From IMG/VR virus record IMGVR_UViG_3300025168_000032, positions 32,001 through 96,000 of that record: a DNA stretch of 64,000 nucleotides. The stretch is one strand, 5' to 3'. The notes below the pieces were generated by a model that saw nothing but the letters and a program-made list of their open reading frames with translations, had not been told where the DNA came from and did not search any database. Below are positions 56,466-64,000 of this stretch, one piece after another. Source of the stretch: a virus. Made by a program: the position numbers and the translations under genes. Each line of letters begins with the position of its first letter. Positions within the stretch are counted from its first letter, which is position 1.

Positions 56466-58322
56466 ATGGCTTATAAATTTCAATTAGGTGCAATGATTGC
56501 ATCTGGTTCATTCAAAGCAGAGGATGGTATCGTCGGAACTGACGTCGATGATGCGACCGCTGCTAATGTTGTAGCTCAAATCGATGCGGGTGAAATCCCA
56601 ATCGCTAAGTTAGCTGCTACTACAATTTCTGGAAAAGCTCTTGGTACAGCCCTTGATGCTCTTTCCGTTGATGACTCTTCTATCGAATTCAGCGCTGGTT
56701 CTGCATTCAATGGATCTGCTGCATCTGCTATTCGTATTAAAGCGTCTGGTATCACCAATGCTATGTTGTCTGGTTCTATCGCTAACGGAAAGCTTTCTAA
56801 CTCTACAATTTCTGGTAAGGCTCTTGGTGCAAACCTTGATGCTCTTAATGTTGCTAGCAACAAAGGTCTTGCTATGAGCGCTTATACTGGTGCTGCTGCT
56901 GTTTCAGATCTTCAGGTTGTTCTTGACGGCGCTGGTGGTCTTGAATTTAATGGCGGATCTGGTATTCGTCTTGAAGCTGCTGTTGCTGGTGCTGGTTTAA
57001 CTCACAGTGCTGGTGTTCTTGCTGTTGTTGGTGCCGCTAATGGTGGTATCGATGTTCAAGCTAACGATGTTAAGCTTGATTTTGGCGGATTGACTGGTGC
57101 TGATGTTGCTGTTGCTAGCGACTCTTTTGCTTTCTGGGATAATGATGCAACTGCCGTTAGAAAAGAATCTATGGCTGATTACGCTGCCGCTATCGCTGGT
57201 GCTGGTATTGCTGCTTCTGCTGGTGTTCTTGCTGTTGGAGTTGACGCTTCATCAATCGAAATCAATTCTGATGCTCTTAGAGTAAAAGCTGCTGGTATTA
57301 CCAACGCTATGCTTTCTGGTTCTATTGCTGATAGCAAAATGTTGAAAATCTCAACTGCTAACAAGGTTGATCTTGCTGCTCTTGATATGGACGGCGGAAC
57401 TGATATCGGTGCTGCTCTTGTAGACGCTGACTTGTTCATCGTTGACGATGGCGCAGACGGAACAAACAGAAAATCTGCTATGTCTCGTGTTGCAACTTAT
57501 GCAAAGAGTAAATTCAGTGCTGCTACCACTGGTGGTAAAGCTGAAGGTTCTATCGCTTATAACGATGGTGCTTATACCTTCACTCAAATGAGTGTTGCTG
57601 AATTAAGAGCGCATCTTAGTATTGCTGATAGTAACTCAATGGATATGAGTTATTCTGGCGGTCAGATTTCTGCTGCTCTTCGTTTAGGATCTGCTGGTGC
57701 TCTTGAAGTTGATGGCGATGGTCTTGATCTTAAGTCTACTATCTCTGGTAACAGAACTTTTTCTGGTGACTTAATTGTTAGTGGTGACTTGACTGTTAAC
57801 GGAACCAACACTATTCTTAACACTAGTACTCTTGAAGTAGAAGATTTGAATATTAAGGTTGCCAAAGGCGCTGCTAACTCTGCTGCTGCTGATGGTGCTG
57901 GTATGACAATTGAGATGGGAGCTGATGATGTGACCTTTTCTTGGAACCATGCTGGTGACCAAATGCAAATTAAAAAAGGTGCATCATTCTCTAATATCAA
58001 AGCTAACAAATTCATCGGTGATCTTGAAGGTGCTGTTGCACAGGCTATCACAGCGCATGGAGATGCAGATAGAACTTTAGTAGTTGGTTTCAACTACGGT
58101 AATGCTGATACTACTGCTCTTCGTACTTGGACTCTTCCAGCTTCTCCGGAGCTTGGGCAAGTTGTTCATGTTAAGGCGCCTGCTGCTGTTCATGCTGATG
58201 GTATTAAGATTCTGAAAGCTGGCTCTCAAACAGTTGATGGTGTTGATTTTATTACTCTTGAATCACCATTTGCTGCTGTTAACCTTATGTACGTAGCTAA
58301 CAATCTTTGGAGAGTATACTAA
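56466..58322 (+). CDS. probably abundant fibre/decoration protein
   Basis: 618 aa Ala/Gly-rich; strong T-ending codon bias; shared C-terminal domain; own promoter motif and terminator. Confidence 0.65.
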   Translation: MAYKFQLGAMIASGSFKAEDGIVGTDVDDATAANVVAQIDAGEIPIAKLAATTISGKALGTALDALSVDDSSIEFSAGSAFNGSAASAIRIKASGITNAMLSGSIANGKLSNSTISGKALGANLDALNVASNKGLAMSAYTGAAAVSDLQVVLDGAGGLEFNGGSGIRLEAAVAGAGLTHSAGVLAVVGAANGGIDVQANDVKLDFGGLTGADVAVASDSFAFWDNDATAVRKESMADYAAAIAGAGIAASAGVLAVGVDASSIEINSDALRVKAAGITNAMLSGSIADSKMLKISTANKVDLAALDMDGGTDIGAALVDADLFIVDDGADGTNRKSAMSRVATYAKSKFSAATTGGKAEGSIAYNDGAYTFTQMSVAELRAHLSIADSNSMDMSYSGGQISAALRLGSAGALEVDGDGLDLKSTISGNRTFSGDLIVSGDLTVNGTNTILNTSTLEVEDLNIKVAKGAANSAAADGAGMTIEMGADDVTFSWNHAGDQMQIKKGASFSNIKANKFIGDLEGAVAQAITAHGDADRTLVVGFNYGNADTTALRTWTLPASPELGQVVHVKAPAAVHADGIKILKAGSQTVDGVDFITLESPFAAVNLMYVANNLWRVY

Positions 58323-58364
58323 TCCCAACCTTGGTTGCGATATAGTTATTTTCTAATAATATTT

Positions 58365-58401
58365 GGTGGGCCCCTGTCGTTGGGGGCTCGCCTTTTTTTT
58401 T
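58365..58401 (+). terminator. rho-independent terminator
   Basis: GGTGGGCCCC...GGGGCTCGCC stem (two G-U pairs) then T9. Confidence 0.85.
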
Positions 58402-58442
58402 AAAATAAATGCTTTTTTAATTTTTATAGGAGGACAAATTAA

Positions 58443-59927
58443 ATGGCTTATAAATTTCAATTAGGGGATGCTCGCTTGAGTGGTTCCCTTATACAGGAGG
58501 GGTCGATCCAGTCATCTGGGGGGATCACACCTCTGAATGCTGATGGGGCTGCTCTTGGTAGTGCTACAAAAGAATGGGCAGATTTATATCTTGCCGATGG
58601 TGGACGGATTTTGTTTGGTAATGAACAAGATACTTGGATCACACAAACAGGCGGTGGCTTTAGAATCGAAGGTGGTTCTGAAACTAGCGGGCAACCTGTA
58701 TTATCTTTGGTAAACAGAGGTGATTTTGGTTCAGGGCCGGGTCTTAACCTTGTTATTGATAATGGTGCTGGTGAAAGTGATGGAGACATCATGGGGTTTC
58801 TTAACTTCTACGGTGACGATTCATCTGATGCACAAGTACAGTATGCTAGACTTGAAGTTCAATCTGTTGATGTTTCAAATGGAACAGAAGATGGAGCCTT
58901 CTTTTTTAATGCAATCGTTGGTGGTAGCGGAAATACCACTTTGTTAGACATCAATAGCACTATTTCTGGTGGTGTTGCTGTTGCAAACGATCTTGAAGTT
59001 GGGGATGACCTCTTCTTGAAGTCTGATGATTCTGCTATTCATTTCGGCGCAGATAGCGAGATCCGTATGGATCATCGACCTGATGCTGGTATTCGTATTG
59101 AACAGACAGGAACTGGCACTGCTTTGCCTTCTTTTTCTTTGGTAAATCGTGGTAACAACGCCAATGGCCCGATCATAAATATTGTTCAGGTCCAAGGGGA
59201 CGGCGAAGCTAGCGATAATGATGTTCTCGGGGCTTTACAGTTTTTTGGTCAGAATGTTAAGGCTGGTACTGATGAGCAGGTCAAATATGGAAAGATAGAG
59301 GTTCTCTCCAAGGATGTAACTGATGGTACTGAAGATGGGGGGATACGTTTTACTGCCTTTGTTGCAGGATCTGAAACCCAGATTATGGATATCAATGATA
59401 GCCTTGCTGGTGGTGTTCATGTTGCAAATGGCTTAAACATACAGGGTCATAATGGTTCTTCTGATGGTCTACGCTTAGGAGGAACTTTGGTTTCTGCTAC
59501 TGCTGCTGAATTTAATCTTCTTGACGGGGGAACCGCTGTTGGTTCTTCAATTGCGTTGGCAGATTCTGACGGTATTATTGTTGATGATGGTGGAGTAATG
59601 AAGAAAATTCCTGCTTCTGATATCAAAACGTTTCTTGCTGACAACAGCATGAACGTGGCTCTTAAAGATGATGGCAACACCCTTGTTAACGGTATCAATT
59701 ATTTTGCAGATCTTGACGGAAATGAAGCGGCAAATCTTCCAGCGTCTCCTGACGTTGGCGATACTGTTTATGTTAAGGCTCCAAACAACTGCTCTTCTTC
59801 TAGCACACTGACAATAAACAAGCAGGGGTCTCATACAATCGATGGTTTAACCTCGATTATTCTTGAATCTCCAAATGCTGCTGTTATGTTGGTATATGTT
59901 ACTACAAACACATGGAAAGTATTCTAG
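58443..59927 (+). CDS. fibre protein, paralog of 56466 ORF at both termini
   Basis: MAYKFQLG start; C-terminal LPASP...VKAP...TIDG...LESP...WKVF. Confidence 0.65.
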   Translation: MAYKFQLGDARLSGSLIQEGSIQSSGGITPLNADGAALGSATKEWADLYLADGGRILFGNEQDTWITQTGGGFRIEGGSETSGQPVLSLVNRGDFGSGPGLNLVIDNGAGESDGDIMGFLNFYGDDSSDAQVQYARLEVQSVDVSNGTEDGAFFFNAIVGGSGNTTLLDINSTISGGVAVANDLEVGDDLFLKSDDSAIHFGADSEIRMDHRPDAGIRIEQTGTGTALPSFSLVNRGNNANGPIINIVQVQGDGEASDNDVLGALQFFGQNVKAGTDEQVKYGKIEVLSKDVTDGTEDGGIRFTAFVAGSETQIMDINDSLAGGVHVANGLNIQGHNGSSDGLRLGGTLVSATAAEFNLLDGGTAVGSSIALADSDGIIVDDGGVMKKIPASDIKTFLADNSMNVALKDDGNTLVNGINYFADLDGNEAANLPASPDVGDTVYVKAPNNCSSSSTLTINKQGSHTIDGLTSIILESPNAAVMLVYVTTNTWKVF

Positions 59928-59957
59928 TCACAAAATAGTTTACATATATGTATTTGT

Positions 59958-59989
59958 GGCGGGTTCCCTTTTGGGTTCCCGCCCTTTTT
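59958..59989 (+). terminator. probable rho-independent terminator
   Basis: GGCGGG-TT-CCC-TTTT-GGG-TT-CCCGCC then CTTTTT. Confidence 0.7.
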
Positions 59990-60000
59990 CGTTTTGAAAT

Positions 60001-60008
60001 CTACTTAT
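60001..60008 (+). promoter_or_regulatory. candidate late-promoter motif variant CTACTTAT
   Basis: After the terminator, 22 nt before ATG 60031. Confidence 0.45.
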
Positions 60009-60030
60009 GTACAAAAGAAGAGGATTCTAA

Positions 60031-61485
60031 ATGTCATATAATATTCTTAATAAAAACGTCAATTTCCAAGGAGACACGTCTGGTAGCATAGAAAACATGG
60101 TCGACACCCACAGTAGCCAATCAATAACTGGTAGTAAAGACTTTCTTTCGTTATCCGCATCAGTTGGTAGAGTTGCCAACGATTTAACAGTATTGGGAAA
60201 TGTCAGTGCCTCTGTCAACATATCGGCTTCTTTCTTTTACGGAGATGGTAGCACTCTTGATAATGTCGGTAATATTAGTTTTGACGGCTCTACAGCAAAT
60301 GGCGTGTTAACATTTAAAGATGCAGATGAAGCAACGGTCGAATCCAACTTGACATTCGATGGTTCCACGCTAGATTTTAAAGGTAGTTCTATTTCTGGTT
60401 CTGGTAATATATCAGGTTCAGCATTTTATGGAGCAGGAACAGGGCTTTCTAGTGTTCCCGGAAGCGCAGTGGGCCTAGCTAGCGGCGGTGGTCTTGCTGA
60501 CTCTAGTGGCTTGACTCTATCAACTTCGGGAGTCACAGCCCAAAATTCACCGGGCGGATCTTCTAAAGTCTGGATTGATGAGAGCGGTGTCAAATATGCT
60601 ACTATTACTAACATACTGTCTAATAACGCTGCTGTTACTGCTTATGGAACTCAGGGTGCTAGCAAAGTGTTGATAGGAGCAGGGGGAACAGAAATAGCAG
60701 GAGCAGGAAATTTAAATTTCTTTGGAGGAAACTCTTTAGCAATCACTGGTGCCCTGTCGGCCTCGACAAACCTTCAAATTGGAGGCACAGTTCGCCTAGA
60801 TGGTGTTGCGGCTGCTTCTCCTGCCATAGGGGCTGATTCTGTTTACTTTTTAGACGCAGACGACTCTATCACTAAAAAGGTAACGTTCGCCAATTTTGCA
60901 GCCGCTATGGCCGGTGACGGACTTAATGGCACAGGTGGGGATTTTGACATTAATGTGTCCGGAGCGCTCAAAATCGCTTCAGACAAGCTTGGTATATCCG
61001 GTTCCTTTGCAGGTATTGGGTTGTCTTATAGTGGGTCTGTTGACGCTGTTGGTGGTGTTGCTCTAGATCTTAGTGAATTGACTGACGCCAACATGACATT
61101 GGCTAATGACCATATCACATTTTTGAAAAATTCTGATAGCACCACCAAAAGAGAGCAATGGGCAGATGTAGTTAGTAACATGGCAGGCACAGGCCTAACA
61201 GCAACCAACGGAACTCTTTCTGTATCCGGTGAAGCAATAACAGCTACAACCGTTTCTGCTTCTTCAACATTGCAAGCAGGATCAATTGAAACATCCGGCT
61301 CCTTACTTGCACATGGGTCGATATCTGGGATGGTTTTAAGCAATAACACAATTATTTCTAACGTATTAACTGTTCCTGCTAATAACAATTCTATTTTATA
61401 TGGACCGATAACAGTAAGCGCCAATGGTAGTTTTACCATAGCAGATACAGCGAAGGTAAAAATAAAAGATTTTGATGATGTGTAA
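60031..61485 (+). CDS. fibre/appendage protein
   Basis: 484 aa S/G/A/T-rich; internal similarity to 56466 ORF (D..FF.D.D...TKK...A..AG.GL). Confidence 0.6.
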   Translation: MSYNILNKNVNFQGDTSGSIENMVDTHSSQSITGSKDFLSLSASVGRVANDLTVLGNVSASVNISASFFYGDGSTLDNVGNISFDGSTANGVLTFKDADEATVESNLTFDGSTLDFKGSSISGSGNISGSAFYGAGTGLSSVPGSAVGLASGGGLADSSGLTLSTSGVTAQNSPGGSSKVWIDESGVKYATITNILSNNAAVTAYGTQGASKVLIGAGGTEIAGAGNLNFFGGNSLAITGALSASTNLQIGGTVRLDGVAAASPAIGADSVYFLDADDSITKKVTFANFAAAMAGDGLNGTGGDFDINVSGALKIASDKLGISGSFAGIGLSYSGSVDAVGGVALDLSELTDANMTLANDHITFLKNSDSTTKREQWADVVSNMAGTGLTATNGTLSVSGEAITATTVSASSTLQAGSIETSGSLLAHGSISGMVLSNNTIISNVLTVPANNNSILYGPITVSANGSFTIADTAKVKIKDFDDV

Positions 61486-61521
61486 ATTTATAAAATTATA
61501 ATCCATAATAAAACAAAAAGA

Positions 61522-61529
61522 CTATTTAT
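61522..61529 (+). promoter_or_regulatory. candidate late-promoter motif CTATTTAT
   Basis: In the 83-nt gap before ATG 61569. Confidence 0.55.
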
Positions 61530-61568
61530 CTGTAGTTAACAGCAACAAATTAAAGGAAAAGAAAACAT

Positions 61569-64000
61569 ATGAGTAACTTATACGTAAACAATATTAGTCC
61601 AGCAACAGGAAATACTGTAACGGTTTCTGGCTCGCAGGGCTTGATAGTCTCTGGTTCAGCCATAATAACAGGTGACTTAACCGTTACTGGTACTTTTGAT
61701 GCCAATGTATTAGATTTCAAGGTCACAGCAAACACAATGACTTTTGGAGATGCCGCATCAGACACTCTGACGTTTAACGCAGCAACAGCATCAGTTGCTA
61801 ATGGTTTAAATTTTGATTCCAACACATTAGTAATAGATTCCGCGAATAACCGAATAGGTATTGGCGCACAACACCCAGCAACGAAACTTCATGTCTCTGG
61901 TAATGTTACAGTCGAAGGAGCAGAAGGCGGAGCAGCTACAATATTACTAAAAGCGGATCAAAGCGACGACGCAGGGGATGATTGGACGGTTGTTGCAAAT
62001 GCTGACCATACTTTTACAATTGGAAACGATATTGCATCTGCTGGTTCTTCTGTCGCTCATGTGACTATAACTCCCAACAGTACTGTTACAAATTCGGTAA
62101 CTGCTTTGGCTGGTAAATTGAAAGTTGGCGGAAATGTAATTCAAGCATCTGACGGTGGCGCTACAATGACACTCGACACTAATGATAATGTTACATTTGC
62201 TGGTGGTATTATTGGGACAACTTTTTCTGGTTCTAGCACACTACATTCAGTAGGTGCTGCAACATTCGGCTCAACTATCGCATCTACAGGATCGATTACA
62301 GCAGGTGGTGGAGTTCTTTCAACAACTATTTCTGGTTCTGGTGCGTTAAACATTGTTGGAGCAGCCAACTTCGGTCCCGGAAATGCCACAGTAATTGCAG
62401 CAGACGGGGGTTTAACAATTGATCATTTCGATGCCAACTGGACCAATGCTGGTAATACTGTAGCAAACCTTGGTACTGTGACCACAGTAGATATTAATGG
62501 AGGCTCTGTTGACGGAGCTACTATCGGTGCTGCTGCCCAGTCAACAATTAAAGCCACAACTTTTTCTGGTTCTAGCACATTACATTCAGTAGGTGCTGCA
62601 ACATTCGGTTCTACCATTGCATCTACAGGATCTGTTACTGCTGGTGGTTTGCTGACTACGACTTTTTCTGGTTCTAGCACATTACAATCAGTTGGGGCCG
62701 CTGTATTTGGTGGCGCTCTAAACGTTAGTGGCGCTGTAACAGTTGGTGTTAATGATGTAGGTTCTGATGTCAGGATATTCAGTGCCACTAATAACGAAGG
62801 TGTACTTTATGATGCTTCTGAGGACGAGCTAGCTTTGTTGTTAACAACCAAGCTGAAATTTCATGATGTTGGTGGAGGGGAAGAAATCTTTGCTTCTTCG
62901 AACGGACACTTGGAAGTCAATTCTGGTACAACTCTGGATATGACTGCGCCCACTATTGATATCAATGCATCAACCGCTGTTACTATTGACGGACCAGCGG
63001 TAACTATTGCTGATAGTGCCGAAGGCAAACCAGTATTGACTTTGAAAACTACTCACACAACTGAAGGTTCATCTGGAGAATTACAATTCTTAAAAGATGC
63101 TGCCGATACGGAGGACGGCGAAGTCCTCGGTCAGATCACATTCTACGGAGAAGACGAAGGAAACAACAATACAATGTTTGCCAAAATTGTGGCTCAAATT
63201 TCTGAATCTGATGAGACCGATGAGGCTGGGAAATTATCATTCTTTGTTGCTGAGAGTGATGGAACTAACACAGCCCTTACAGCAGGGCTAGTACTGGAAG
63301 GTGAGCATGCTACTGACGGAGAAATTGATGTAACAATCGCTGCTGGGGCGAGTTCGACCACAACGGTCGCTGGGAGTATTCAAGTTACTACCGGCATTGA
63401 GCTTGGGCATGCTAGTGACACAACCATCACTCGTACAGGGTCTGGTGCTATTGCTGTTGAAGGTACAGCAGTTCTACTCGCTGGTGCTCAGACAGCAATT
63501 ACAACTGACTTTAATGCTGGAAGGAAAGTTGGTAGAGATGCCCACAATTTAATTGATTTTTCAACAGACGACAAGGTTACATTTAGAGTGGCCAATGTTG
63601 ACGAGATCGCACTAGAGGCAAATGAGTTTTCCCCAACTACCAATGACGGAATCGCTTTGGGTTCCAGCTCTAAAGGCTGGTCCGATTTGTTTCTTGCCGA
63701 TGCAGGAACCATTCAATTCGGTAATGATCAAGATATTACCCTGACGCATATACCTGATTCAGGGCTGGTTCTTGCGTCTACAGGATCTACATTTCCGTTG
63801 CTTCAGCTTAAGAATACTACTAATGATACAAACGGAGCTAGACTTCGGTTTGTCAAAGATAAAGGAGCAGCCGGTGCAGATAATGATGAGATTGGGATTA
63901 TTGAGTTTTATGGCGATGACGATAACCAAGATCAAGTTCTTTTTGCTGCAATTCAGGCTAGAGTCGCAGATGCGAGTAACTCCGAAGAAGGCGGCCAAAT
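61569..64000 (+). CDS. fibre protein, 3'-truncated by the window edge (not in ORF track)
   Basis: MSNLYVNNISPATG...; frame stays open to the end by my translation; shares ALGSxxKxWxDL(Y/F)LADxG and FYGDD modules with 58443 ORF. Confidence 0.7.
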   Translation, partial: MSNLYVNNISPATGNTVTVSGSQGLIVSGSAIITGDLTVTGTFDANVLDFKVTANTMTFGDAASDTLTFNAATASVANGLNFDSNTLVIDSANNRIGIGAQHPATKLHVSGNVTVEGAEGGAATILLKADQSDDAGDDWTVVANADHTFTIGNDIASAGSSVAHVTITPNSTVTNSVTALAGKLKVGGNVIQASDGGATMTLDTNDNVTFAGGIIGTTFSGSSTLHSVGAATFGSTIASTGSITAGGGVLSTTISGSGALNIVGAANFGPGNATVIAADGGLTIDHFDANWTNAGNTVANLGTVTTVDINGGSVDGATIGAAAQSTIKATTFSGSSTLHSVGAATFGSTIASTGSVTAGGLLTTTFSGSSTLQSVGAAVFGGALNVSGAVTVGVNDVGSDVRIFSATNNEGVLYDASEDELALLLTTKLKFHDVGGGEEIFASSNGHLEVNSGTTLDMTAPTIDINASTAVTIDGPAVTIADSAEGKPVLTLKTTHTTEGSSGELQFLKDAADTEDGEVLGQITFYGEDEGNNNTMFAKIVAQISESDETDEAGKLSFFVAESDGTNTALTAGLVLEGEHATDGEIDVTIAAGASSTTTVAGSIQVTTGIELGHASDTTITRTGSGAIAVEGTAVLLAGAQTAITTDFNAGRKVGRDAHNLIDFSTDDKVTFRVANVDEIALEANEFSPTTNDGIALGSSSKGWSDLFLADAGTIQFGNDQDITLTHIPDSGLVLASTGSTFPLLQLKNTTNDTNGARLRFVKDKGAAGADNDEIGIIEFYGDDDNQDQVLFAAIQARVADASNSEEGGQ
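62222..62700 (+). repeat. near-identical ~87-bp direct repeats plus a partial third copy
   Basis: TTTTTCTGGTTCTAGCACA... at 62222, 62561 and ~62663, encoding TTFSGSSTLHSVGAATFGSTIASTGS. Confidence 0.85.

Noticed and set aside
1-64000. The many minus-strand and nested ORFs in the six-frame track
   Set aside because: All shadow long + strand genes, lack SDs or family motifs, and the + strand is already almost fully tiled
50606-64000. Diversity-generating retroelement or shufflon acting on fibre genes
   Set aside because: No reverse transcriptase or invertase in the window, no adenine-specific TR/VR pair noticed, no inverted cassettes
1-64000. tRNA, rRNA or CRISPR arrays
   Set aside because: Intergenic gaps are at most about 120 nt and contain only promoters and terminators; repeats seen are coding
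1-64000. Alternative genetic code (stop-codon reassignment)
   Set aside because: Conserved genes are full length under code 11, and TAG, TGA and TAA all act as stops

Overview
64-kb segment of a large T4-like (myovirus-type) dsDNA phage genome, standard genetic code, all supported genes on the + strand. 1-29.1 kb: baseplate/tail structural module (gp25- and gp6-like wedge proteins, DNRLRE-domain protein, 2422-aa multi-LamG protein, conserved hypotheticals). 29.1-41.3 kb: replication/accessory block (RuvC-like resolvase, ClpS, predicted ADP-ribosyltransferase, Cys-rich basic proteins, class II aldolase, pyrimidine-dimer glycosylase-like protein, tandem small beta-barrel genes, primase, Smr, fused SbcD-SbcC, holin/spanin-like cassette interrupted by a MYXO-CTERM-like surface protein). 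41.3-50.1 kb: large terminase, portal, a GIY-YIG cassette that replaces the 3' end of the gene it invaded, prohead protease, ribosomal protein bS21. 50.1-64 kb: paralogous fibre/appendage proteins. Two promoter classes are visible: consensus sigma70 promoters and a CTA(T/A/C)TTA intergenic motif before structural genes. Most notable: the gene-repairing endonuclease cassette; an R-S-E ADP-ribosyltransferase embedded in a family of putatively head-targeted, LxE-delimited proteins; the host-sorted MYXO-CTERM-like cargo gene bounded by an 18-bp repeat; and self-chaining small-gene modules. All family assignments come from motif recognition by eye, not database searches.
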